Counted from the first letter of the stretch, positions 1 to 14,969 are shown. The stretch is 64,000 nt of DNA from an uncultured delta proteobacterium (GCA_963699755.1 CAVOVB010000003.1:416001-480000); one strand, 5' to 3'. Program-made: numbers and translations. The notes: a model not told the origin generated them from the sequence alone.

Positions 1-498
1 CCGCCAGGCACGAGCCGCGTCGACGCGGTCGGCCGCGCCGGGACCAGATCATCGCCTACGATGGTCGTACAACGGCCTCCTGGTGCGGCGGCACGAACCG
101 CCGCAGTCGGCGGCGCCGGCCGGGGGCCTACGCTTACGAGCTCCGTCCCGCGGTCCAGACCAAGCAGTGCGCTGGTTAGCCAGCCTCGAGTCAACCCCTC
201 GCGCACGAGCAGCGTCGGGCGGACAACATCACCGACGATTTCCAGACCTTCCGTCAACCGTACCCCGTCCTCGGGCGGCGTATCACCGGGTAGCACCGTG
301 CAGCGTCCCAGCTCCGGCTCATCGCGTGGTGGCGGTTTTGCCCGACCTCGCGTCGGGGGCTCCAGCTCACGCACGGGGGTTTCCCGCCCGAGCTTCGGAG
401 GCGCGCGTCCGAGCATGGGCAGAGGCGGAGGCTTCAGCAGACCGCCTTCGGGGGGTTTTGGCGGGGCCCGCAGTGTACCGACCGCCCGTGGCCGTTAG
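1..498 (+). CDS. C-terminal low-complexity (Ser/Arg/Pro/Gly-rich) tail of a protein starting upstream of the window
   Basis: Frame is open from base 1 to TAG at 496-498; SRPS/GGG-rich disordered tail. Confidence 0.55.
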   Translation, partial: PPGTSRVDAVGRAGTRSSPTMVVQRPPGAAARTAAVGGAGRGPTLTSSVPRSRPSSALVSQPRVNPSRTSSVGRTTSPTISRPSVNRTPSSGGVSPGSTVQRPSSGSSRGGGFARPRVGGSSSRTGVSRPSFGGARPSMGRGGGFSRPPSGGFGGARSVPTARGR

Positions 499-575
499 CC
501 CTTTGACGACTCTTTGCCCGCCAGGGGGGACAGTGCAACCTTATAAAAGGGAGTAGACTATCACCCTGAGGTTTC

Positions 576-2167
576 GTGCGTCGTCGTTACAGAGAACCAG
601 TCGCCATTGCGTTCGCGCTTGCGTTGCTCGCATCGCTCTCGGTGCATCTTCCCGTGTACGACATTCTCGGCGGGCTGGCTGACCGTATTCGCCTTGAGCA
701 AGAAGAAGCGAGAAATAGGCAGACCTTCGAGCCGGTCGAGGTGGACTTCGAAGCCACGGGAGATACCGATGCCAAGCGGCCCGAGAAGAAGGAGGCGCGC
801 GAGCGCCAAAAGGCCAAGCGCGAGCGCGTGATCAAGACCGTGGAGGCACAGGCAGAGGCGCAGGTCCAGACGAAGCAGAACGCTCGGCCCCCCGAGCTGA
901 CATCGCCGCAGGCTGTGCAGCAGCACAGCACCAATCCAGACGTTGAGCCGGAGAACCCCGAGTTCATCGCGGAGGAGAACAACCGAGTCGAAGAGCAGAC
1001 CGTCGCCCAGGTCCGCAACATGATTCGCGATGACAAGATGCCGTCGCCCGGTCGGCAGGAGAAACCTTCCGATACCCTGGAAGAGCAGGGCAATGCGCGT
1101 GACGAAGAAATCGCCGAGCTCCGCAACAAGGAGGGAAGCGACGCGCGCAAGGTCACCGACGCGGAAGCTAGCCGTGAGCGCCCCGACAAAGCCATCGAGG
1201 CGGACCCGATCAAGGCCGAGCGCGTGAGTAACCGGGCGCCGGATGGAAAGCGGTCGAACGACGCTGGCGACCGCACGGCAGAGGCCGCCGAGGAAACGAT
1301 CACGATTACCGATCCGGCTGGGACGTTCAGCATTCGACGCCCGAGCAACCCCGCGCAGGGCGGCGGCGCGAAGGGGCAAGGCCCGGGTGGAAAGATGGCC
1401 TGGTCCGAGTTCGAGGCAGCAGTGGGCTCCGACAAGCTCGATGAGGATCGCAGAGCGTACCTCGCCGAGCGCAAGTCTTCGCAGCGTGGCATCACGCGGG
1501 AAAAGACTTGGAACGAATTCCGCGCAGCCATTGAGAACTACGTACCCGGCGTGAAGCGGGGAGCGACCACCGCGCTGAATGCAGCCGCCTCGCCCTTTGC
1601 GACTTACATCGCGGCGGTGCATCGACGTATCCATCAGGAGTTTGCTGACCGTTTTTTGCGGAGCCTACCGATCGGTGGCAGCCCGTATCAAGATCCCACG
1701 CTCATGACCAAGCTCGAAATCGTTCTCAACCGCGACGGTTCGGTTCATCGAGTTGGTGTGGTCCGGTCGAGCGGACTCTTGCCGTTTGATTTTGGCGCTT
1801 TCAACTCGGTGCTCCGCGGTCAGCCGTATCCGCCGCCGCCGGATTCGATTCTCAGCGGCGATGGGCGGGTCTACTTCCACTGGGGCTTCTATCGAAATCA
1901 GCGTCAGTGTGGCACGTTCAATGCGGAGCCCTACATCATTGCGAATCCTCGCGGTGGAAAGGGACGGCAGGATGGCCTCACCGACGCGCCCGACTCCGAT
2001 ATCGTCGTTCCCGTAGATGCCAAACCGACTTGGCGAACGCGCGAGGAGAAATCGAACGAACAGAACGAGCCCAAGCAGCCTCGCCAGAAGTCTCCGCCCG
2101 CGCAGCCTAAGGAGCCAGACGAGGAGGCGCCCGTGGTGCCACTTCCGCCCCCCGGCTCCGGCCTGGG

Positions 2168-2171
<4 letters not shown>
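576..2171 (+). CDS. TonB-like energy transducer / TonB C-terminal domain protein
   Basis: N-terminal TM helix with SxxxH (SLSVH), long charged linker, C-terminal domain 'LEIVLNRDGSV...SSG...FD...PYPPPP'. Confidence 0.7.
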
Positions 2172-6394
<4,223 letters not shown>

Positions 6395-6478
6395 AGCCGC
6401 GTGCTAACCGCAGCAGGATTCCCGGAGGCCAAAATCAGGGGTGAAAACGGCTTCTGGGGCTTGGGAGGAAGGCGGCCG

Positions 6479-8725
6479 ATGCGATTGTTCTTGTTGGTGC
6501 TCACGACCCTTTGGGTGGCGACGGCCTGTAGCCGCAGTCGGTCCAAGTCGGACCCGTTCACGGGGCTTCAACCCCATACGGATCTAATCGAGATTCGTCA
6601 TCTGGCCGAGGTGCGCGATGGCGGCTGGTATCTCGATTTCGGCACGCCCGCACAGGCGAAGTACACGGTGGGTGACTGGCGTAGTGGCTGGGTTGGCAAG
6701 GGCGTCGACGGCGACACGAGTTACGCGCACGCAGGTATACGTGGCCGGCTGTACTTCAACGCAGACGTTTCCGAGGCGCTCGTCGCGCGTGTCCGGCTGA
6801 GGCCGCATGGCACGCACGCGCTCACACCATACCTCAACAACCAGCAGCTCGCGTCGATTCACCTCGGCAAGGGCGACGGGTTCGCAGCATACGAGATCGA
6901 GCTTCCGAAGGAGCGCGTGCAAGTCGGCGAGAACTACTTGTTGCTAGCCTTCGGGGGAACGACCCCGATCGATCGGCAGGACGTTTCGGTCGCCGTCGAT
7001 TCGATTTGGATTCGAAAGAAGTCCGAACCGTCCAAGACCGCGCCCGTGCCTACCTATGATGCCATGGTCGCCAAGGTTCGCCTTGGCGACGAAGAGCGGC
7101 AAGCGGTCGCCTTGTCGCGAGCGTCGACGTTGCGGTACTACGTCGCGGTTCCGACGGAGGGCTCCTTGGGATTCGGCGTCGGTGTCGAAGGCGAGGGGGA
7201 TGCAGCTTTCGCGATCGAGGTGACGGCAGATGGGCAGCCGAGCGAGGAACTGCTCGCGGGCACGGCATCGGGCACCTGGACCGACCACCGGGTCGACTTG
7301 AGCCGCTTTGCGGGCGAGACGGTCCGGATCGATCTTCGTGCGCAAGGCCAGGGACCAGGGCGATTGGCTTGGAGCTCGCCGCGCATCTTGGTGCCGGAAC
7401 GAAAGAATCAAGCGCTCGAGCCGGCAAAGAACGTCGTCCTGCTGGTCATCGACACGCTTCGCGCCGACAAGCTTCGCCCCTTCAACCCCGAGACTCGCGT
7501 GAAGACGCCCGCGATCGACAAGCTCGCATCCGAAGGCGTGGTGTTCGAGCTCGCGCAGTCACCCGAGAACTGGACCAAGCCAGCGGTGGCTTCGATCCTG
7601 ACCGGACTTCACCCACAAACGCACCAGCAAAAGACGGGCGACGCCGCGCTGCCGAGCTCGGCGGAGCTCTTGAGCGAGCACTTGCGAGACGAAGGGTTCG
7701 CGACCGGCAGCTTCATCGCGAACGGCTATGTCTCCGATCGCTTTGGCTTCGACCAGGGCTGGGACGACTACAGCAACTACATTCGCGAGGGCAAGAGCAC
7801 CGAAGCGAAGGACGTCTTCCGGGAGGCCGGGAACTGGATCGAAGCCCACCGGGACGAACGCTTCTTCGCGTACATCCAAACCATCGATCCGCACGTGCCT
7901 TATGATCCTCCCGGCGAGTACCTGCGGATGTACGACCCGAGCGAGTACGACGGGCAGGTCAAGCCGCGGATGACGGGCGACCTGCTGGAGAAGGCCAAGC
8001 GCAAACCTCCGCAAGTCGTCTTCGACGCCAGCGACAAGCGTAGATTGAAGGCGCTGCACGACGGCGAGATCACGAAGCATGATCACTTCTTTGGCGCGTT
8101 CCTCGAGCGCCTGAGTGAGCTCGGGCTCAGTGACGACACGCTGATCGTGGTGACTGCGGATCATGGCGAAGAGCTCGATGACCACGGATCGTGGGGTCAC
8201 GGCCACTCCGTGTATCAAGAGCTTCTTCACGTGCCCTTGGTGTTTCGCCTTCCGAAGCGGCTACCCGCTGGTACGAGGGTCGGCGATGCGGTCAGCACGC
8301 TCGACATCTCTGCGACAGTGACCAAGCTCCTGGGCGTGCCCGCCATGGCCGATAACGAAGGGCAGGCGCTCGTTGGGTTGATGCTCGGGGACGCGCCCGC
8401 TCGGCCAGCCGTTGCGTTTAGCGATTTTCAGGACGACCGCCGCGTGGTGACCAGCCGCAGATGGAAGCTCGTCCTGCGCGGGAACCTCAGCTCGACGATG
8501 TTCGACCTGGTAGCCGACCCCTTGGAGAAGCAACCGCTTGGCGCTTCTGCGTTTCCCATTGGGCGTCGCTATTCGCGGATGTTGCTCGGGCAGTTCCTCG
8601 GAGCCGGCAACCGCAGGGACTGGTTGAGCGCGGAGCAGAAGGGCGGTACACAGCTGGAGCCGGAGAACGCCGAGATGGACGACACCATTCGAGATCAGCT
8701 ACGCGCGCTCGGCTACGCGCACTGA
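6479..8725 (+). CDS. Sulfatase-like (alkaline phosphatase superfamily) lipoprotein
   Basis: GGAGG upstream of ATG 6479; lipobox-like VATAC; NVVLLVIDTLRAD, WTKPAVASILTG, DPH, TADHGE, GHGH motifs. Confidence 0.8.
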   Translation: MRLFLLVLTTLWVATACSRSRSKSDPFTGLQPHTDLIEIRHLAEVRDGGWYLDFGTPAQAKYTVGDWRSGWVGKGVDGDTSYAHAGIRGRLYFNADVSEALVARVRLRPHGTHALTPYLNNQQLASIHLGKGDGFAAYEIELPKERVQVGENYLLLAFGGTTPIDRQDVSVAVDSIWIRKKSEPSKTAPVPTYDAMVAKVRLGDEERQAVALSRASTLRYYVAVPTEGSLGFGVGVEGEGDAAFAIEVTADGQPSEELLAGTASGTWTDHRVDLSRFAGETVRIDLRAQGQGPGRLAWSSPRILVPERKNQALEPAKNVVLLVIDTLRADKLRPFNPETRVKTPAIDKLASEGVVFELAQSPENWTKPAVASILTGLHPQTHQQKTGDAALPSSAELLSEHLRDEGFATGSFIANGYVSDRFGFDQGWDDYSNYIREGKSTEAKDVFREAGNWIEAHRDERFFAYIQTIDPHVPYDPPGEYLRMYDPSEYDGQVKPRMTGDLLEKAKRKPPQVVFDASDKRRLKALHDGEITKHDHFFGAFLERLSELGLSDDTLIVVTADHGEELDDHGSWGHGHSVYQELLHVPLVFRLPKRLPAGTRVGDAVSTLDISATVTKLLGVPAMADNEGQALVGLMLGDAPARPAVAFSDFQDDRRVVTSRRWKLVLRGNLSSTMFDLVADPLEKQPLGASAFPIGRRYSRMLLGQFLGAGNRRDWLSAEQKGGTQLEPENAEMDDTIRDQLRALGYAH

Positions 8726-8729
8726 GATC

Positions 8730-10601
8730 ATGCCCCTCATCGAACAAACTCCGGCGCGGTATTTGAGAAGCCCGCGTTTGGAGCCGGTGGCAGACGGAGG
8801 TGCGCTCTTGCATGTCTTCGCTTGGGCCGGCGATGAAGAATACGTTCTCCGATTCAACGTGGCCGAGGACGGCTCGGTGCTAGGGGAGGCGGGCGCGACG
8901 GACCATTGCCCTGGCATCATTGCTTGGGCGCCAGGGGTTTCGCATCCGATCAACGATCCGAGTGCGGAGCTCGCAGCGGAGCATCAGGGCTGGCGGGTGG
9001 AAGTCCAACACCTGGGCCCTCGGTCGAGCGTGGTCGTTGCGCCGCCGTCAGGCGGAGAGTTCGTCGTCTGGACGGCGTTCGGAATCGCAGCGGCGCCCTG
9101 CATCAGTGCTGCGCCGGGTGGCGCCTGGGTTGGATTTCATCACGACGTGCGAGAAGACACGGGGGTACCGGACATCGCGAAGTGGATCGCGGTGCGCTTC
9201 GTCGATATGGAGGGCCGCGTATTCGAGCCGGCCGGACCGATGACCGACCGCAATCGGGACCTCGAGGGCGAACAACAGGGTTTCGAGTTCCCGACGATCG
9301 TGGTTGGAGAGGATGGGGCGATCGACCTGTTCGGACGCGGCTCTCACGCGATCTACCGGCAAAGGCTCAACGGCGATGGCTTCGCGCCCCGGGAGCCGCT
9401 CGACGATGGCCGTTGGGGATGCCGGGGAAGGCGCGTCAGCGCGGTTGGCCTGGCCAGCGGAACGACGCTTGCGGCGTGGCGCGGCCGCAAAGGCATTCAG
9501 ATCGAGTCCTTCGATAGGCCATCGGGCGGAGCGCCCGAGCTCGTCGAAGCGAAGGTCGACGTCGGCGACTTCGAGCCCGTGCCGGTGCACGCGGCCGCAT
9601 GGTCTGGGCCGCAGGTCTTGTTTGGTGACATCCAGCAGCATAGCGCCCATTCCGACGGCGTGGGCAGTGCGGACGAGGCCTATCTTCGCGCGCGCTACCG
9701 CTACGGCGACGACTTCGCGGCACTGACTGATCACGAATCGTTTCTCGGCAAACGAATCGGGCCGGGCGAGTGGGCCTATCTGCAGGCGGTGACCGAACGG
9801 CACGACGAGCCAGGTGAGTTTGCCACCATCGTCGCGTACGAGTGGACGGGCAAGGCGTATCCAGGGCCCGGGCACAAGTGCATTTACCTTCCAGGCCCGG
9901 GCCTTCCGATCATCTCTCGCGATGAGGTTCCCGAAGGGCGTGAGATCGTTCAGCGGATTCGCGCCCAGGGAGCGTTCACGGGGCCGCACCACATCGGCTG
10001 GACGGGCGCGGACGTGCCCGGTCACGATCCCTTGGGCCAACCGGTTTGGGAGATCTGCTCCTGCCACGGCTGCTACGAGCACCCCGATCATCCGCTCGGG
10101 TATCGAGGCGAGCTCGTCGATCAGTTTGCCAAGCCATTGCTCGACAGCGGGCTGCGGTTCGGCTTCATCGCGAACTCCGACAGCCATGGGCTCCTTTGGC
10201 ACCATGGGGAGTGCCGAAAACGCGATCCGTTTCGCACTGGGCTGACCGCCGTCATTTCCTCGACGCGCACCCGCGAGGCGATTCTCGAAGCAATTCGTGC
10301 GCGTCGCTGCTACGCAACCAGCGGTGCCAAGATTCTGCTCGACCTGCACGTCGCCGGCTTTCCGATGGGAAGCGAGCTCGACATTGATGGACCGGTCGAG
10401 GTGCACGCGCGAGCGCTCGGAACGACCGACATCGAACGCATCGAGCTGCTGACGCCCGCGGGGGTGGCGGCATCAGACAAGCCTAAGTCCCCATCGGCCT
10501 CGTTCGTCGCCGAGGTCGACGCAGCGTACGTCTACTGCCGCGTCATGCAGGCTGATGGCGAAATGGCCTGGTCTAGCCCCATCTTCTTCAACCGCGCCTA
10601 G
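8730..10601 (+). CDS. PHP-fold metallohydrolase (CehA/McbA / DUF3604-like)
   Basis: HSAHSDG, TDH, YEWT, ANSDSHG, 'AIRARRCYATSG', 'AWSSPIF' motifs. Confidence 0.7.
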   Translation: MPLIEQTPARYLRSPRLEPVADGGALLHVFAWAGDEEYVLRFNVAEDGSVLGEAGATDHCPGIIAWAPGVSHPINDPSAELAAEHQGWRVEVQHLGPRSSVVVAPPSGGEFVVWTAFGIAAAPCISAAPGGAWVGFHHDVREDTGVPDIAKWIAVRFVDMEGRVFEPAGPMTDRNRDLEGEQQGFEFPTIVVGEDGAIDLFGRGSHAIYRQRLNGDGFAPREPLDDGRWGCRGRRVSAVGLASGTTLAAWRGRKGIQIESFDRPSGGAPELVEAKVDVGDFEPVPVHAAAWSGPQVLFGDIQQHSAHSDGVGSADEAYLRARYRYGDDFAALTDHESFLGKRIGPGEWAYLQAVTERHDEPGEFATIVAYEWTGKAYPGPGHKCIYLPGPGLPIISRDEVPEGREIVQRIRAQGAFTGPHHIGWTGADVPGHDPLGQPVWEICSCHGCYEHPDHPLGYRGELVDQFAKPLLDSGLRFGFIANSDSHGLLWHHGECRKRDPFRTGLTAVISSTRTREAILEAIRARRCYATSGAKILLDLHVAGFPMGSELDIDGPVEVHARALGTTDIERIELLTPAGVAASDKPKSPSASFVAEVDAAYVYCRVMQADGEMAWSSPIFFNRA

Positions 10602-10619
10602 TGTGCGGATCGTTTCACC

Positions 10620-10718
10620 TGTGGTCGGCTTACCTCCTCGCTCACTCCCTGCGAGGTACCGACGTACCTCTCAGTCGCTCCCTGTGGGCGCGCTCGACCA
10701 CAAGCGAGAATCTCTCGC
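10620..10718. repeat. Nested palindromic intergenic element (REP/MITE-like)
   Basis: TGTGGTCG (10620) pairs with CGACCACA (10695); inner GAGGTAC-CGAC-GTACCTC; adjacent GCGAGA-ATC-TCTCGC; lies between convergent genes. Confidence 0.5.
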
Positions 10719-10732
10719 ACAGCCGTGCGGGG

Positions 10733-11992
10733 TCACTTGAACAGGAGGGCGTGGACGCGGCGCGCGGCCTCGGCGCGTCGGATCTGCTCCTGGGTCTTGT
10801 TTTGAAGGTCCTTGAGCTGGACGACCCCTTCTTCGATTTCGGACTCACCGAGGATCATCGCGATTCGAGTGTTGAGCTTGTCGGCGCGGCGCAGCTGACT
10901 CTTGAGCGAGCCGCCCCGCAGGTCGCTCTCTACGCGAAGCCCGGCTTCTCTGAGCTCGCGGCCCAGTAGCGTCGCCTGGCCGCGAACGCTGGCCTGCGCT
11001 GCGACGATGAAGACGTCGACGTGCGAATCCGGGTCCGCTTCAGGCATAGCCATCAGCAAGCGCTCGAGGCCCATCGCGAAGCCGATCGCGGGCGTGTCCG
11101 GTCCGCCGAGGTTCTTCACCATCTGATCGTAACGACCTCCGCCGAGCAGCGCGTTCTGTGCGCCGAGCCCTTCGCCCTTGCCCAGTACCTCGAAGAGCGT
11201 TCGGCTGTAGTAGTCGAGGCCTCGCACGAGCGAGCCGTCGACGCGGTACGGCGTACCGAGGATGGTCAAGGTCTCTTGAAGGCCTTCGAAGTGTGTGCGG
11301 TCGTCGTCAGTGAGGTGTCTCAAGATCGATGGCGCCGCCGCTGCGATTTCGGCACAGCGCGGGACCTTACAGTCGAGCACCCGAAGTGGGTTCGCGTCCA
11401 TGCGCCGCTGGCAGTCGGGACAAAGCTCGGCGCGAAACGGCATGAGATAGGCGAGCAGCGCTTCCCGGTAGCTCTCCCGCGTCTCCGGTCCTCCGATCGA
11501 GTTGATTAGGACTTCGACTTCGCTGATGCCGATACTCGAGATGAAACCGACCACCATGTCGATCACTTCGGCGTCGACGTATGGACCGGGATCGCCGAAG
11601 ACTTCGATGCCGGCTTGGTAGAACTGCCGGTAGCGCCCCTTGGCGGGACGTTCCCGCCGATACATGGGGCCGATGTAGAACCACTTCGTGACCGGCTCGC
11701 GGGCTTGGACGCTGTGCTGCGCGTACGCACGCACGGCTGAGGCCGTACCCTCGGGACGCAAGGTGAGCGACTTCTCGCCGCGGTCGGTGAAGGTATACAT
11801 CTCTTTTTCGACGATGTCCGTCGTTTCGCCGATCGAGCGGACGAAGAGCTCAGTCGGCTCTACGATCGGGAATCGCGCTTCGCGGAAGCAGTAGCTCTGG
11901 ACGCAGTCGCGGAATGCGTTCTCGAGGCGATGCCATTTCGAGATCTCGTCCGGCAGGATGTCCTTCATCCCTTTCACGGCGCGCAGGCTCAT
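10733..11992 (-). CDS. hisS: Histidine--tRNA ligase
   Basis: KEMYTF, LRPEGTA, RRERPAKGRYRQFYQ, LVRGLDYY, GGGRYD, GFAMGLER. Confidence 0.96.
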   Translation of the reverse strand: MSLRAVKGMKDILPDEISKWHRLENAFRDCVQSYCFREARFPIVEPTELFVRSIGETTDIVEKEMYTFTDRGEKSLTLRPEGTASAVRAYAQHSVQAREPVTKWFYIGPMYRRERPAKGRYRQFYQAGIEVFGDPGPYVDAEVIDMVVGFISSIGISEVEVLINSIGGPETRESYREALLAYLMPFRAELCPDCQRRMDANPLRVLDCKVPRCAEIAAAAPSILRHLTDDDRTHFEGLQETLTILGTPYRVDGSLVRGLDYYSRTLFEVLGKGEGLGAQNALLGGGRYDQMVKNLGGPDTPAIGFAMGLERLLMAMPEADPDSHVDVFIVAAQASVRGQATLLGRELREAGLRVESDLRGGSLKSQLRRADKLNTRIAMILGESEIEEGVVQLKDLQNKTQEQIRRAEAARRVHALLFK

Positions 11993-12074
11993 GGCGTCCG
12001 GTTACTCGATGCGACTGCTGCAAGCAAGGGCGAAGCCACGTGGGCCATGCTCAGCGTCGGTCTGGGGGTTGGCT

Positions 12075-12557
12075 CTACGGGGCCGACGGCTTCTTGGGGA
12101 ACTTGACGAAGACATAGTTGAAGCCGTCTTTCCCCTTCGACTGCGTGATGCTGGGCGGGACGTCCTCGCGCATCTCGAAAATCATCACCAGGTCTTCCCT
12201 GCCTTTGCGTTGTACGGTCGCCCGCAGCACCGGCGTGTCGAAGAACTGGGTCTCGAGCGGCAGGTAGTTGTTCTTGAGATGAACCCGCGTGCGGTGCATG
12301 ACCAGCTCGAGGCGGCCCTCGGAGTTCCTGGTGCCGAACTTCACCGGCTTGGACGTCTGGACGAAGAAGACGGAGCCGTTCTCGGTCATCATGAAGCCGG
12401 GCCAGGTGAGCATGAGCGCGCCTTCGGGGATCTCTTCCGCCTTCGGCGGCAGGTTCTCCGAAGTCTCGGAGCCAGGGGTCACGCCTCCGTACGAGGACCC
12501 ATCGGCAGAGGCAATCGCTGCCGAGGCAGCCAACACGATGGCAAGCACCGTGGTCAT
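12075..12557 (-). CDS. Secreted hypothetical protein (AMIN-like)
   Basis: Signal peptide MTTVLAIVLAASAAIASA; 'NNYLPLETQFFDTPV' beta-rich domain. Confidence 0.55.
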   Translation of the reverse strand: MTTVLAIVLAASAAIASADGSSYGGVTPGSETSENLPPKAEEIPEGALMLTWPGFMMTENGSVFFVQTSKPVKFGTRNSEGRLELVMHRTRVHLKNNYLPLETQFFDTPVLRATVQRKGREDLVMIFEMREDVPPSITQSKGKDGFNYVFVKFPKKPSAP

Positions 12558-12640
12558 GGATGTCTTCCCCACGGCTTCAGGGTACGCGACCTGGAGGCGC
12601 GAGCCCAAATTTCGCTCCGGGAGCCGGATTTTCAGGCGAC

Positions 12641-13828
12641 TCAGTGGCCCTTTCCGCCCTTGAGCAGATGGCTGACGCCCTCGCCGAGCCCTTCCAGGGT
12701 CAGAGGGAACATCTCGAACGTCTGGCGGACGTACTCGATCGTGTTTCCGGTCCAATAGCGCTGCGGTTCCGGGTTGAGCCAGATGCTGCGGTGGTAGTGT
12801 TGGCTGAGCATCATGAGCCACTGCAAGCCTTCGATACCCCGGTCGTCGCCGAGGTCGAGTGAGCCCCCGGCCGCAAGCAGCTCGTACGGCGCCATCAGGG
12901 CGTCGCCGACCATGATGAGCTTGTAGTGAGGGCCCGTCTCGTGAAGCAGGTCACGGACCTTGATCGGCGCATCGAAGCGCTCGGTTTCGTAGACGTGCCC
13001 GTAGACGCAGTTGTGGAAATAATAGGTACGAAGCTCCTTGAAATGGCTCGACTTCTTGGCCGCCGAGAAAAGACGCGAGCAAAGGTGAGCAAAGGGATCC
13101 ATGGAACCGCCGACGTCCATCATCAAGATGATGCGCGTGTTGTGGCGACGGGGAGGGCGGGTGACGACTTCGAGCTCGCCGGCGTTTTGCGCCGTCGCAT
13201 CGATGGTGCCTTCGAGGTCTAGCTCTTCTTCGCCGCCTTCGCGCGAAAAGAGTCGCAGCTTCCGAAGCGCGACCTGCATCTGCCGAACGTCGAGAGTCAG
13301 ATCCTGCCGATACGGTCGATATAGACGCGCGTCGGCCACCTTGACCGCGCTTCGGCCGCCACCGGAGCCGCCAATGCGAAAGCCTTTGGGAGCGCGGCCG
13401 CTGTGACCGAACGGCGAGGTGCCGCCAGTACCGATCCACTTGTTGCCGCCGTCGTGCTGCTCGTCTTGCTCGGCGAGTCGCTCTTCGAATAGCTTGCGAA
13501 GCTCGTCTAGGTCGAGGTTTTCGACGAGCTCGCGTTGCTCGTCGGTGAGCTCTCCCATGTTTTCCTTGGCTTGCTGCAGCCAGTCCCAGAGCTCGTCTTT
13601 GAGCTTCTTCGATTCGATCTCGATGCCCTTGAAGAACGACAGGAATGCTTCATCGAAAGAATCGAGGTGCGCCTCGCTGTGGACCATCACCGAGCGGGCC
13701 ACGTTGTAAAACCCGTCGAGTGAGCTTTCATGAAGCCCGGCTTTCAGCGCCTGGGCGAGCGCAATGACCTCTTGCGTTCCCACGGGGACGCCTCGGCCGC
13801 GTAGCTCGTACATGAAAGGGACTAGGAT
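12641..13828 (-). CDS. VWA domain protein (CoxE-like), partner of MoxR ATPase
   Basis: GGNKWIGTGGTSPFG, MIDAS-like DVGGSM, YYFHNC, VGDA; start uncertain (ATC 13828 or ATG 13813). Confidence 0.85.
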   Translation of the reverse strand: MLVPFMYELRGRGVPVGTQEVIALAQALKAGLHESSLDGFYNVARSVMVHSEAHLDSFDEAFLSFFKGIEIESKKLKDELWDWLQQAKENMGELTDEQRELVENLDLDELRKLFEERLAEQDEQHDGGNKWIGTGGTSPFGHSGRAPKGFRIGGSGGGRSAVKVADARLYRPYRQDLTLDVRQMQVALRKLRLFSREGGEEELDLEGTIDATAQNAGELEVVTRPPRRHNTRIILMMDVGGSMDPFAHLCSRLFSAAKKSSHFKELRTYYFHNCVYGHVYETERFDAPIKVRDLLHETGPHYKLIMVGDALMAPYELLAAGGSLDLGDDRGIEGLQWLMMLSQHYHRSIWLNPEPQRYWTGNTIEYVRQTFEMFPLTLEGLGEGVSHLLKGGKGH

Positions 13829-13829
13829 T

Positions 13830-14672
13830 TTAGCTTCTCCACTGGCGGCCGCCCGAGAGCTGATCTGCAAAGGCGACGAGGTCTTGTTCCTTCTTGAGCA
13901 GGGCGCCCAGGAAGGGAAGGTTTTCTTCGAGCTTCACGCTGTCGATGCCGGCGCGCTGAAGCACGGCGATCCAGTCCACCAGCTCGCTCGTGCTGGGGCG
14001 TTTGCGGAGACGCCGCATGTTGCGGATTTCGTAGAAAGTCTTGAGCGCCTGCTCGACCAGGCTCTCGTGGACTTTGGGATGATGGACCTGGACGATTTCG
14101 GTCATCAACTCCGGCGTCGGGAAGTCGATGAAATGGAACACGCAGCGTCGAAGGAATGCATCGGGCAGCTCCTTTTCGGCGTTGCTCGTGATGATCACGA
14201 TGGGGCGCTGCGTGGCGACGATGTCCTGCTGTGTCTCGTCCACGTGGAATTGCATTCGGTCGAGCTCGTTCAGAAGGTCGTTGGGGAACTCCACGTCGGC
14301 CTTGTCGATTTCGTCGATCAGGAGGACCACTCGCTTGTCGGCGTTGAAGGCTTCGCCCATCGGGCCGAGCTTGATGTACTGACTGATGTCGTTCACGTCC
14401 TTGTCTCCAAACCGGGAGTCGTAGAGACGCTGGACCGTGTCGTACACATAGAGGCCGTCCTGGGCGCGCGTGGTGCTCCGGATGTTCCAGCGGAGGAGCG
14501 GCATCCCAAGTGACTCGGACACCGCCTCGGCCAGAAGGGTCTTGCCCGTGCCTGGCTCGCCTCGAATGAGCAGGGGGCGCTCGAGCACGACCGCACAGTT
14601 GACGGCGGATTCGAGGGCCTCGCTGGTCAGATAGGTGGCGGTTCCGGAAAAACGTCGAAAATCGTCTGCCAT
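13830..14672 (-). CDS. MoxR family AAA+ ATPase
   Basis: Walker A GEPGTGKT, Walker B LLIDEIDKAD, ELPDAFLRRC. Confidence 0.9.
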   Translation of the reverse strand: MADDFRRFSGTATYLTSEALESAVNCAVVLERPLLIRGEPGTGKTLLAEAVSESLGMPLLRWNIRSTTRAQDGLYVYDTVQRLYDSRFGDKDVNDISQYIKLGPMGEAFNADKRVVLLIDEIDKADVEFPNDLLNELDRMQFHVDETQQDIVATQRPIVIITSNAEKELPDAFLRRCVFHFIDFPTPELMTEIVQVHHPKVHESLVEQALKTFYEIRNMRRLRKRPSTSELVDWIAVLQRAGIDSVKLEENLPFLGALLKKEQDLVAFADQLSGGRQWRS

Positions 14673-14883
14673 GGCGGGCGAATCTATCATGGTCCTGCCG
14701 ATTGGCGACCGGGAGGGGGCTAGCAGGCACGGGCTGCAGGGGTGCAGGGGGTGGGAACCCGGGACCTGGCCGCGGGGCCGTGGCGATGGTGGAGTCCAGG
14801 GCCATGAGCGGGTGCGGGACGGGGCGGGAAAGTATTTACATTACGACAAGTTAGCTAGTCGGTTGGGAGCCGAGGCACCCTCC

Positions 14884-14912
14884 TTGACAGTCCGCAGACC
14901 ACGGCGAATAGT
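14884..14912 (+). promoter_or_regulatory. Sigma70-type promoter for the yceD-rpmF-fab operon
   Basis: TTGACA (14884-14889), 17-nt spacer, AATAGT (14907-14912). Confidence 0.6.
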
Positions 14913-14969
14913 AGCGCGTTCTTCTGGCCTCGGAGCCTCGCTTGGCCGGCGGTGATCACCCTGAATTCA

